From Balanoglossus misakiensis (Eukaryota; Animalia; Hemichordata), in contig CM082577.2 in the NCBI GenBank assembly GCA_040954595.2, forward strand, positions 20,744,303 to 20,808,302: a DNA stretch of 64,000 bases, given 5' to 3'. Below, piece after piece: positions 1 to 11,531 of the stretch (position 1 is its first letter; every line of letters begins with the position of its first letter). The translations under genes and the position numbers were made by a program. Below the pieces are notes generated by a model. That model did not search any database, was not told where the DNA came from, and saw only the letters and a program-made list of their open reading frames with translations.

Positions 1-96
1 AAAATTCAGACACTTGCAGAAAGAGGAAGAAACGGACACTTGCGACAAAATATCATCATTCAGGCTAATCTTTATTGGAAACGTTGGAAAAAATTG

Positions 97-172
97 AAGC
101 CTACAGCACGTAGTATTCCCAGGCGGTCTCCCAGACGAGAACCGGCTTTTTCTACGTGGTATGGCCGTAGGC
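97..172 (-). pseudogene. 5S rRNA pseudogene, 44-bp internal deletion (nt 40-83)
   Basis: Plus-strand junction ggtctccca|gacgagaacc; 76 nt of gene remain. Confidence 0.93.
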
Positions 173-429
173 GAAAGATGGTTGAATTTCTCCTACTATA
201 AACCTGAATCCTACACCATTAAACACATAGTCCGACTTGGCTAATTATTGTGGGTAACCGATCGACCTTCCATAGCTTATAAGGCAAGTAGGATAAAAAG
301 ATATGGTTTGTTTTGTTCTGCAAAAAGTGGTTTTAGAATTCAGGCACTTTCAGAAAAGGAAGAAACGGACACTTGCCACAAAATATTATCCTTCAGGCTA
401 ATCTTTAATGGAAACGTTGGAAAAAATTG

Positions 430-549
430 AAGCCTACAGCACGTAGTATTCCCAGGCGGTCTCCCATCCAAGTACTAACTACGCCCAACGCAGGTTTGCT
501 TCGGTGATCAGACGAGAACCGGCTTTATCTACGTGGTATGGCCGTAGGC
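430..549 (-). rRNA. 5S rRNA: 5S rRNA, first full-length copy (one loop B substitution)
   Basis: Minus strand reads GCCTACGGCCATACCACGTAG...GTGCTGTAGGCTT, 120 nt. Confidence 0.96.
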
Positions 550-807
550 GAAAGATGGTTGAATTTCTCCTACTATAAACCTGAATCCTACACCATTGAA
601 CACATAGTCCGACTTGGCTAATTTTTGTGGGTAACCGATCGACCTTCCATAGCTTATAAGGCAAGTAGGATAAAAAAATATGGTTTGTTTTGTTTTGCAA
701 AAAGTGGTTTTAAAATTCAGACACTTGCAGAAAGAGGAAGAAACGGACACTTGCGACAAAATATCATCATTCAGGCTAATCTTTATTGGAAACGTTGGAA
801 AAAATTG

Positions 808-883
808 AAGCCTACAGCACGTAGTATTCCCAGGCGGTCTCCCAGACGAGAACCGGCTTTTTCTACGTGGTATGGCCGTAGGC
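808..883 (-). pseudogene. 5S rRNA pseudogene, 44-bp internal deletion
   Basis: Same ctccca|gacgag junction. Confidence 0.93.
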
Positions 884-1131
884 GAAAGATGGTTGAATTT
901 CTCCTACTATAAACCTGAATCCTACACCATTAAACACATAGTCCGACTTCGCTAATTATTGTGGGTAACCGATCGACCTTCCATAGCTTATAAGGCAAGT
1001 AGGATAAAAAGATATGGTTTGTTTTGTTCTGCAAAAAGTGGTTTTAGAATTCAGGCACTTTCAGAAAAGGAAGAAACGGACACTTGCCACAAAATATTAT
1101 CCTTCAGGCTAATCTTTAATGGAAACGTTGG

Positions 1132-1137
1132 AAAAAA
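1132..1137 (-). terminator. RNA Pol III oligo-T terminator (representative copy; T5-T9 in most units)
   Basis: Minus strand GGCTT-CAA-TTTTTT directly after the gene. T4 or longer terminates Pol III (established). Confidence 0.85.
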
Positions 1138-1140
1138 TTG

Positions 1141-1260
1141 AAGCCTACAGCACGTAGTATTCCCAGGCGGTCTCCCATCCAAGTACTAACTACGCCCAAC
1201 GCAGGTTTGCTTCGGTGATCAGACGAGAACCGGCTTTTTCTACGTGGTATGGCCGTAGGC
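1141..1260 (-). rRNA. 5S rRNA: 5S rRNA, consensus copy representative of about 150 full-length genes
   Basis: GCCTACGGCCATACCACGTAGAAAAAGCCGGTTCTCGTCTGATCACCGAAGCAAACCTGCGTTGGGCGTAGTTAGTACTTGGATGGGAGACCGCCTGGGAATACTACGTGCTGTAGGCTT. Folding by hand gives helices 1-9/110-118, 14-21/57-65 (U63 bulge), 27-32/45-52 (AA bulge) and 67-72/103-108, loop E AGUA/GAA, and a GAGA tetraloop at 87-90. Confidence 0.98.
1164..1211 (-). promoter_or_regulatory. Pol III type 1 internal control region (box A, intermediate element, box C; nt 50-97), representative copy
   Basis: Box C TGGATGGGAGACCGCCTG matches the classical TFIIIA site. Box A reads AGCAAACCTGCG (variant). Confidence 0.85.
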
Positions 1261-1284
1261 GAAAGATGGTTGAATTTCTCCTAC

Positions 1285-1290
1285 TATAAA
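1285..1290 (-). promoter_or_regulatory. TATA-like upstream element at -30 to -25 (representative copy; near-invariant across units)
   Basis: TTTATA on the gene strand (TATAAA on plus) 25-30 bp upstream of +1, with C at -1. Both are common features of metazoan 5S genes. Confidence 0.7.
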
Positions 1291-2277
1291 CCTGAATCCT
1301 ACACCATTGAACACATAGTCCGACTTGGCTAATTTTTGTGGGTAACCGATCGACCTTCCATAGCTTATAAGGCAAGTAGGATAAAAAAATATGGTTTGTT
1401 TTGTTTTGCAAAAAGTGGTTTTACAATTCAGACACTTGCAGAAAGAGGAAGAAACGGACACTTGCGACAAAATATTATCCTTCAGGCTACTCTTTAATGG
1501 AAACGTTGGAAAAAATGAAGCCTACAGCAAGTAGTATTCCCAGGCGGTCTGCCATCCAAGTACTAACTACGCCCAACGCAGGTTTTCTTCGGTGATCAGA
1601 CGAGAACCGGCTTTTTCTACGTGGTATGGCCGTAGGCGAAAGATGGTTGAATTTCTCCTACTATAAACCTGAATCCTACACCATTGAACACATAGTCCGA
1701 CTTGGCTAATTTTTGTGGGTAACCGATCGACCTTCCATAGCTTATAAGGCAAGTAGGATAAAAAAATATGGTTACTTTGTTTTGTTTTGCAAAAAGTGGT
1801 TTTAAAATTCAGACACTTGCAGAAAGAGGAAGAAACGGACACTTGCGACAAAATATTATCATTCAGGCTAATCTTTAATGGAAACGTTGGAAAAAAATGA
1901 AGCCTACAGCACGTAGTATTCCCAGGCGGTCTCCCATCCAAGTACTAACTACGCCCAACGCAGGTTTGCTTCGGTGATCAGACGAGAACCGGCTTTTTCT
2001 ACGTGGTATGGCCGTAGGCGAAAGATGGTTGAATTTCTCCTACTATAAACCTGAATCCTACACCATTGAACACATAGTCCGACTTGGCTAATTTTTGTGG
2101 GTAACCGATCGACCTTCCATAGCTTATAAGGCAAGTAGGATAAAAAAATATGGTTTGTTTTGTTTTGCAAAAAGTGGTTTTAAAATTCAGACACTTGCAG
2201 AAAGAGGAAGAAACGGACACTTGCGACAAAATATCATCATTCAGGCTAATCTTTATTGGAAACGTTGGAAAAAATTG

Positions 2278-2353
2278 AAGCCTACAGCACGTAGTATTCC
2301 CAGGCGGTCTCCCAGACGAGAACCGGCTTTTTCTACGTGGTATGGCCGTAGGC
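2278..2353 (-). pseudogene. 5S rRNA pseudogene, 44-bp internal deletion
   Basis: Same junction. Confidence 0.93.
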
Positions 2354-5300
2354 GAAAGATGGTTGAATTTCTCCTACTATAAACCTGAATCCTACACCAT
2401 TAAACACATAGTCCGACTTGGCTAATTATTGTGGGTAACCGATCGACCTTCCATAGCTTATAAGGCAAGTAGGATAAAAAGATATGGTTTGTTTTGTTCT
2501 GCAAAAAGTGGTTTTAGAATTCAGGCACTTTCAGAAAAGGAAGAAACGGACACTTGCCACAAAATATTATCCTTCAGGCTAATCTTTAATGGAAACGTTG
2601 GAAAAAATTGAAGCCTACAGCACGTAGTATTCCCAGGCGGTCTCCCATCCAAGTACTAACTACGCCCAACGCAGGTTTGCTTCGGTGATCAGACGAGAAC
2701 CGGCTTTTTCTACTTGGTATGGCCGTAGGCGAAAGATGGTTGAATTTCTCCTACTATAAACCTGAATCCTACACCATTGAACACATAGTCCGACTTGGCT
2801 AATTTTTGTGGGTAACCGATCGACCTTCCATAGCTTATAAGGCAAGTAGGATAAAAAAATATGGTTTGTTTTGTTTTGCAAAAAGTGGTTTTACAATTCA
2901 GACACTTGCAGAAAGAGGAAGAAACGGACACTTGCGACAAAATATTATCCTTCAGGCTACTCTTTAATGGAAACGTTGGAAAAAATGAAGCCTACAGCAA
3001 GTAGTATTCCCAGGCGGTCTCCCATCCAAGTACTAACTACGCCCAACGCAGGTTTGCTTCGGTGATCAGACGAGAACCGGCTTATTTTACGTGGTATGGC
3101 CGTAGGCGAAAGATGGTTGAATTTCTCCTACTATAAACATGAATCCTACACCATTAAACACATAGTCCGACTTGGCTAATTATTGTGGGTAACCGATCGA
3201 CCTTCCATAGCGTTTAAGGCAAGTAGGATAAAAAGATATGGTTTGTTTTGTTCTGCAAAAAGTGGTTTTAGAATTCAGGCACTTTCAGAAAAGGAAGAAA
3301 CGGACACTTGCCACAAAATATTATCCTTCAGGCTAATCTTTAATGGAAACGTTGGAAAAAATTGAAGCCTACAGCACGTAGTATTCCCAGGCGGTCTCCC
3401 ATCCAAGTACTAACTACGCCCAACGCAGGTTTGCTTCGGTGATCAGACGAGAACCGGCTTTTTCTACGTGGTATGGCCGTAGGCGAAAGATGGTTGAATT
3501 TCTCCTACTATAAACATGAATCCTACACCATTGAACACATAGTCCGACTTGGCTAATTTTTGTGGGTAACCGATCGACCTTCCATAGCTTATAAGGCAAG
3601 TAGGATAAAAAAATATGGTTTGTTTTGTTTTGCAAAAAGTGGTTTTAAAATTCAGCAACATGCAGAAAGAGGAAGAAACGAACACTTGCGACAAAATTTT
3701 ATCCTTCAGGCTACTCTTTAATGGAAACGTTGGAAAAACATGAAGCCTACAGCACGTAGTATTCCCAGGCGGTCTGCCATCCAAGTACTAACTACGCCCA
3801 ACGCAGGTTTGCTTCGGTGATCAGACGAGAACCGGCTTTTTCTACGTGGTATGGCCGTAGGCGAAAGATGGTTGAATTTCTCCTACTATAAACCTGAATC
3901 CTACACCATTGAACACATAGTCCGACTTGGCTAATTTTTGTGGGTAACCGATCGACCTTCCATAGCTTATAAGGCAAGTAGGATAAAAAAAATATGGTTT
4001 GTTTTTTTTTGCAAAAAGTGGTTTTACAATTCAGACACTTGCAGAAAGAGGAAGAAACGGACACTTGCGACAAAATATTATCCTTCAGGCTACTCTTTAA
4101 TGGAAACGTTGGAAAAAATGAAGCCTACAGCACGTAGTATTCCCAGGCGGTCTCCCATCCAAGTACTAACTACGCCCAACGCAGGTTTGCTTCGGTGATC
4201 AGACGAGAACCGGCTTATTTTACGTGGTATGGCCGTAGGCGAAAGATGGTTGAATTTCTCCTACTATAAACATGAATCCTACACCATTGAACACATAGTC
4301 CGACTTGGCTAATTTTTGTGGGTAACCGATCGACCTTCCATAGCTTATAAGGCAAGTAGGATAAAAAAATATGGTTTGTTTTGTTTTGCAAAAAGTGGTT
4401 TTAAAATTCAGACACATGCAGAAAGAGGAAGAAACGAACACTTGCGACAAAATTTTATCCTTCAGGCTACTCTTTAATGGAAACGTTGGAAAAACATGAA
4501 GCCTACAGCTCGTAGTATTCCACGGCGGTCTCCCATCCAAGTACTAACTACGCCCAACGCAGGTTTGCTTCGGTGATCAGACGAGAACCGGCTTTTTCTA
4601 CGTGGTATGGCCGTAGGCGAAAGATGGTTGAATTTCTCCTACTATAAACCCGAATCCTACACCATTAAACACATAGTCCGACTTGGCTAATTATTGTGGG
4701 TAACCGATCGACCTTCCATACCTTATAAGGCAAGTAGGATAAAAAGATATGGTTTGTTTTGTTCTGCAAAAAGTGGTTTTAGAATTCAGGCACTTTCAGA
4801 AAAGGAAGAAACGGACACTTGCCACAAAATATTATCCTTCAGGCTACTCTTTAAAAAATGAAGCCTACAGCACGTAGTATTCCCAGGCGGTCTCCCATCC
4901 AAGTACTAACTACGCCCAACGCAGGTTTGCTTCGGTGATCAGACGAGAACCGGCTTTTTCTACGTGGTATGGCCGTAGGCGAAAGATGGTTGAATTTCTC
5001 CTACTATAAACCTGAATCCTACACCATTAAACACATAGTCCGACTTGGCTAATTATGGTAACCGATCGACCTTCCATAGCTTATAAGGCAAGTAGGATAA
5101 AAAGATATGGTTTGTTTTGTTCTGCAAAAAGTGGTTTTAGAATTCAGGCACTTTCAGAAAAGGAAGAAACGGACACTTGCCACAAAATATTATCCTTCAG
5201 GCTACTCTTTAAAAAATGAAGCCTACAGCACGTAGTATTCCCAGGCGGTCTCCCATCCAAGTACTAACTACGCCCAACGCAGGTTTGCTTCGGTGATCAG

Positions 5301-5600
5301 ACGAGAACCGGCTTTTTCTACGTGGTATGGCCGTAGGCGAAAGATGGTTGAATTTCTCCTACTATAAACCTGAATCCTACACCATTGAACACATAGTCCG
5401 ACTTGGCTAATTTTTGTGGGTAACCGATCGACCTTCCATAGCTTATAAGGCAAGTAGGATAAAAAAATATGGTTACTTTGTTTTGTTTTGCAAAAAGTGG
5501 TTTTAAAATTCAGACACTTGCAGAAAGAGGAAGAAACGGACACTTGCGACAAAATATTATCATTCAGGCTAATCTTTAATGGAAACGTTGGAAAAAATTG

Positions 5601-5676
5601 AAGCCTACAGCACGTAGTATTCCCAGGCGGTCTCCCAGACGAGAACCGGCTTTTTCTACGTGGTATGGCCGTAGGC
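5601..5676 (-). pseudogene. 5S rRNA pseudogene, 44-bp internal deletion
   Basis: Same junction. Confidence 0.93.
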
Positions 5677-6314
5677 GAAAGATGGTTGAATTTCTCCTAC
5701 TATAAACCTGAATCCTACACCATTAAACACATAGTCCGACTTGGCTAATTATTGTGGGTAACCGATCGACCTTCCATAGCTTATAAGGCAAGTAGGATAA
5801 AAAGATATGGTTTGTTTTGTTCTGCAAAAAGTGGTTTTAGAATTCAGGCACTTTCAGAAAGGAAGAAACGGACACTTGCCACAAAATATTATCCTTCAGG
5901 CTAATCTTTAATGGAAACGTTGGAAAAAATTGAAGCCTACAGCACGTAGTATTCCCAGGCGGTCTCCCATCCAAGTACTAACTACGCCCAACGCAGGTTT
6001 GCTTCGGTGATCAGACGAGAACCGGCTTTTTCTACGTGGTATGGCCGTAGGCGAAAGATGGTTGAGTTTCTCCTACTATAAACCTGAATCCTACACCATT
6101 GAACACATAGTCCGACTTGGCTAATTTTTGTGGGTAACCGATCGACCTTCCATAGCTTATAAGGCAAGTAGGATAAAAAAATATGGTTGCTTTGTTTTGT
6201 TTTGCAAAAAGTGGTTTTAAAATTCAGACACTTGCAGAAAGAGGAAGAAACGGACACTTGCGACAAAATATTATCATTCAGGCTAATCTTTAATGGAAAC
6301 GTTGGAAAAAATTG

Positions 6315-6390
6315 AAGCCTACAGCACGTAGTATTCCCAGGCGGTCTCCCAGACGAGAACCGGCTTTTTCTACGTGGTATGGCCGTAGGC
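6315..6390 (-). pseudogene. 5S rRNA pseudogene, 44-bp internal deletion
   Basis: Same junction. Confidence 0.93.
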
Positions 6391-8157
6391 GAAAGATGGT
6401 TGAATTTCTCCTACTATAAACCTGAATCCTACACCATTAAACACATAGTCCGACTTGGCTAATTATTGTGGGTAACCGATCGACCTTCCATAGCTTATAA
6501 GGCAAGTAGGATAAAAAGATATGGTTTGTTTTGTTCTGCAAAAAGTGGTTTTAGAATTCAGGCACTTTCAGAAAGGAAGAAACGGACACTTGCCACAAAA
6601 TATTATCCTTCAGGCTAATCTTTAATGGAAACGTTGGAAAAAATTGAAGCCTACAGCACGTAGTATTCCCAGGCGGTCTCCCATCCAAGTACTAACTACG
6701 CCCAACGCAGGTTTGCTTCGGTGATCAGACGAGAACCGGCTTTTTCTACGTGGTATGGCCGTAGGCGAAAGATGGTTGAATTTCTCCTACTATAAACCTG
6801 AATCCTACACCATTGAACACATAGTCCGACTTGGCTAATTTTTGTGGGTAACCGATCGACCTTCCATAGCTTATAAGGCAAGTAGGATAAAAAAAATATG
6901 GTTTGTTTAGTTTTGCAAAAAGTGGTTTTAAAATTCAGACACTTGCAGAAAGAGGAAGAAACGGACACTTGCGACAAAATATTATCCTTCAGGCTACTCT
7001 TTAATGGAAACGTTGGAAAAAATGAAGCCTACAGCACGTAGTATTCCCAGGCGGTCTCCCATCCAAGTACTAACTACGCCCAACGCAGGTTTGCTTCGGT
7101 GATCAGATGAGAACCGGCTTTTTCTACGTGGTATGGCCGTAGGCGAAAGATGGTTGAATTTCTCCTACTATAAACCTGAATCCTACACCATTAAACACAT
7201 AGTCCGACTTGGCTAATTATTGTGGGTAACCGATCGACCTTCCATAGCTTATAAGGCAAGTAGGATAAAAAGATATGGTTTGTTTTGTTCTGCAAAACGT
7301 GGTTTTAGAATTCAGGCACTTGCAGAAAAGGAAGAAACGGACACTTGCGACAAAATATTATCATTCAGGCTAATCTTTAATGGAAACGTTGGAAAAAATT
7401 GAAGCCTACAGCACGTAGTATTCCCAGGCGGTCTCCCATCCAAGTACTAACTACGCCCAACGCAGGTTTGCTTCGGTGATCAGACGAGAACCGGCTTTTT
7501 CTACGTGGTATGGCCGTAGGCGAAAGATGGTTGAATTTCTCCTACTATAAACCTGAATCCTACACCATTGAACACATAGTCCGACTTGGCTAATTTTTGT
7601 GGGTAACCGATCGACCTTCCATAGCTTATAAGGCAAGTAGGATAAAAAAATATGGTTTGTTTTGTTTTGCAAAAAGTGGTTTTAAAATTCAGACACTTGC
7701 AGAAAGAGGAAGAAACGGACACTTGCGACAAAATATTATCCTTCAGGCTACTCTTTAATGGAAACGTTGGAAAAAAATGAAGCCTACAGCACGTAGTATT
7801 CCCAGGCGGTCTCCCATCCAAGTACTAACTACGCCCAACGCAGGTTTGCTTCGGTGATCAGACGAGAACCGGCTTTTTCTACGTGGTATGGCCGTAGACG
7901 AAAGATGGTTGAATTTCTCCTACTATAAACCTGAATCCTACACCATTGAACACATAGTCCGACTTGGCTAATTTTTGTGGGTAACCGATCGACCTTCCAT
8001 AGCTTATAAGGCAAGTAGGATAAAAAAATATGGTTTGTTTTGTTTTGCAAAAAGTGGTTTTAAAATTCAGACACTTGCAGAAAGAGGAAGAAACGGACAC
8101 TTGCGACAAAATATTATCATTCAGGCTAATCTTTAATGGAAATGTTGGAAAAAATTG

Positions 8158-8233
8158 AAGCCTACAGCACGTAGTATTCCCAGGCGGTCTCCCAGACGAG
8201 AACCGGCTTTTTCTACGTGGTATGGCCGTAGGC
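8158..8233 (-). pseudogene. 5S rRNA pseudogene, 44-bp internal deletion
   Basis: Same junction; linked upstream SNP gtcccac. Confidence 0.93.
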
Positions 8234-10758
8234 GAAAGATGGTTGAATTTCTCCTACTATAAACCTGAATCCTACACCATTGAACACATAGTCCCACTTG
8301 GCTAATTTTTGTGGGTAACCGATCGACCTTCCATAGCTTATAAGGCAAGTGGGATAAAAAGATATGGTTTGTTTTGTTCTGCAAAAAGTGGTTTTAGAAT
8401 TCAGGCACTTTCAGAAAAGGAAGAAACGGACACTTGCCACAAAATATTATCCTTCAGGCTACTCTTTAATGGAAACGTTGGAAAAAAATGAAGCCTACAG
8501 CACGTAGTATTCCCAGGCGGTCTCCCATCCAAGTACTAACTACGCCCAACGCAGGTTTGCTTCGGTGATCAGACGAGAACCGGCTTTTTCTACGTGGTAT
8601 GGCCGTAGGCGAAACATGGTTGAATTTCTCCTACTATAAACCTGAATCCTACACCATTAAACACATAGTCCGACTTGGCTAATTATTGTGGGTAACCGAT
8701 CGACCTTCCATAGCTTATAAGGCAAGTAGGATAAAAAGATATGGTTTGTTTTGTTCTGCAAAAAGTGGTTTTAGAATTCAGGCACTTTCAGAAAAGGAAG
8801 AAACGGACACTTGCCACAAAATATTATCCTTCAGGCTAATCTTTAATGGAAACGTTGGAAAAAATTGAAGCCTACAGCACGTAGTATTCCCAGGCGGTCT
8901 CCCATCCAAGTACTAACTACGCCCAACGCAGGTTTGCTTCGGTGATCAGACGAGAACCGACTTTTTCTACGTGGTATGGCCGTAGGCGAAAGATTGTTGA
9001 ATTTCTCCTACTATAAACCTGAATCCTACACCATTGAACACATAGTCCGACTTGGCTAATTTTTGTGGGTAACCGATCGACCTTCCATAGCTTATAAGGC
9101 AAGTAGGATAAAAAAAATACGGTTTGTTTTGTTTTGCAAAAAGTGGTTTTAGAATTCAGACACTTGCAGAAAGAGGAAGAAACGGACACTTGCGACAAAA
9201 TATTATCCTTCAGGCTACTCTTTAATGGAAACGTTGGAAAAAAATGAAGCCTACAGCACGTAGTATTCCCAGGCGGTCTCCCATCCAAGTACTAACTACG
9301 CCCAACGCAGGTTTGCTTCGGTGATCAGACGAGAACCGGCTTTTTCTACGTGGTATGGCCGTAGGCGAAAGATGGTTGAATTTCTCCTACTATAAACCTG
9401 AATCCTACACCATTAAACACATAGTCCGACTTGGCTAATTATTGTGGGTAACCGATCGACCTTCCATAGCTTATAAGGCAAGTAGGATAAAAAGATATGG
9501 TTTGTTTTGTTCTGCAAAAAGTGGTTTTAGAATTCAGGCACTTTCAGAAAAGGAAGAAACGGACACTTGCCACAAAATATTATCCTTCAGGCTAATCTTT
9601 AATGGAAACGTTGGAAAATATTGAAGCCTACAGCACGTGGTATTCCCAGGCGGTCTCCCATCCAAGTACTAACTACGCCCAACGCAGGTTTGCTTCGGTG
9701 ATCAGACGAGAACCGGCTTTTTCTACGTGGTATGGCCGTAGGCGAAAGATGGTTGAATTTCTCCTACTATAAACCTGAATCCTACACCATTGAACACATA
9801 GTCCGACTTGGCTAATTATTGTGGGTAACCGATCGACCTTCCATAGCTTATAAGGCAAGTGGGATAAAAAAAAATATGGTTTGTTTTGTTCTGCAAAAAG
9901 TGGTTTTAGAATTCAGGCACTTTCAGAAAAGGAAGAAACGGACACTTGCGACAAAATATCATCCTTCAGGCTACTCTTTAATGGAAACGTTGGAAAAAAT
10001 GAAGCCTACAGCACGTAGTATTCCCAGGCGGTCTCCCATCCAAGAACTAACTACGCCCAACGCAGGTTTGCTTCGGTGATCAGACGAGAACCGGCTTTTT
10101 CTACGTGGTATGGCCGTAGGCGAAAGATGGTTGAATTTCTCCTACTATAAACCTGAATCCTACACCATTGAACACATAGTCCGACTTGACTAATTTTTGT
10201 GGGTAACCGATCGACCTTCCATAGCTTATAAGGCAAGTAGGATAAAAAAAATACGGTTTGTTTTGTTTTGCAAAAAGTGGTTTTAAAATTCAGACACTTG
10301 CAGAAAGAGGAAGAAACGGACACTTGCGACAAAATATCATCATTCAGGCTAATCTTTATTGGAAACGTTGGAAAAAATTGAAGCCTACAGCACGTAGTAT
10401 TCCCAGGCGGTCTCCCATCCAAGTACTAACTACGCCCAACGCAGGTTTGCTTCGGTGATCAGACGAGAACCGGCTTTTTCTACGTGGTATGGCCGTAGAC
10501 GAAAGATGGTTGAATTTCTCCTACTATAAACCTGAATCCTACACCATTGAACACATAGTCCGACTTGGCTAATTTTTGTGGGTAACCGATCGACCTTCCA
10601 TAGCTTATAAGGCAAGTAGGATAAATAAATATGGTTTGTTTTGTTTTGCAAAAAGTGGTTTTAAAATTCAGACACTTGCAGAAAGAGGAAGAAACGGACA
10701 CTTGCGACAAAATATTATCATTCAGGCTAATCTTTAATGGAAACGTTGGAAAAAATTG

Positions 10759-10834
10759 AAGCCTACAGCACGTAGTATTCCCAGGCGGTCTCCCAGACGA
10801 GAACCGGCTTTTTCTACGTGGTATGGCCGTAGGC
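10759..10834 (-). pseudogene. 5S rRNA pseudogene, 44-bp internal deletion
   Basis: Same junction. Confidence 0.93.
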
Positions 10835-11455
10835 GAAAGATGGTTGAATTTCTCCTACTATAAACCTGAATCCTACACCATTGAACACATAGTCCCACTT
10901 GGCTAATTTTTGTGGGTAACCGATCGACCTTCCATAGCTTATAAGGCAAGTAGGATAAAAAGATATGGTTTGTTTTGTTCTGCAAAAAGTGGTTTTAGAA
11001 TTCATGCACTTTCAGAAAAGGAAGAAACGGACACTTGCCACAAAATATTATCCTTCAGGCTACTCTTTAAAAAATGAAGCCTACAGCACGTAGTATTCCC
11101 AGGCGGTCTCCCATCCAAGTACTAACTACGCCCAACGCAGGTTTGCTTCGGTGATCAGACGAGAACCGGCTTTTTCTACGTGGTATGGCCGTAGGCGAAA
11201 GATGGTTGAATTTCTCCTACTATAAACCTGAATCCTACACCATTGAACACATAGTCCGACTTGACTAATTTTTGTGGGTAACCGATCGACCTTCCATAGC
11301 TTATAAGGCAAGTAGGATAAAAAAAATACGGTTTGTTTTGTTTTGCAAAAAGTGGTTTTAGAATTCAGACACTTGCAGAAAGAGGAAGAAACGGACACTT
11401 GCGACAAAATATTATCATTCAGGCTAATCTTTAATGGAAACGTTGGAAAAAATTG

Positions 11456-11531
11456 AAGCCTACAGCACGTAGTATTCCCAGGCGGTCTCCCAGACGAGAA
11501 CCGGCTTTTTCTACGTGGTATGGCCGTAGGC
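11456..11531 (-). pseudogene. 5S rRNA pseudogene, 44-bp internal deletion
   Basis: Same junction. Confidence 0.93.

Noticed and set aside
1141-1260. Species assignment from the 5S sequence
   Set aside because: It is clearly metazoan-like, with a vertebrate-like 3' half and an invertebrate-like CCGGTTCTCGTC helix III, but I cannot name the taxon without a database search.
1303-1335. Passing resemblance of ccattg...agtccgacttggctaa to the Oikopleura spliced leader as I recall it
   Set aside because: Only a short, gapped match from memory, with no AG|GT directly after it. It is not enough to call an SL gene and is kept only as the speculative finding above.
1340-1510. Many short palindromes in the spacer (GGTAACC, CGATCG, CTTATAAG, TTTTGCAAAA, AACGTT)
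   Set aside because: They are 6-10 bp, expected in AT-rich DNA, too short for stable cruciforms, and some are broken in common alleles.
1261-1517. tRNA, U snRNA or histone gene linked within the spacer
   Set aside because: No cloverleaf or B-box, no recognisable U1/U2/U5/U6 sequence, and the spacer is too short for a histone gene.
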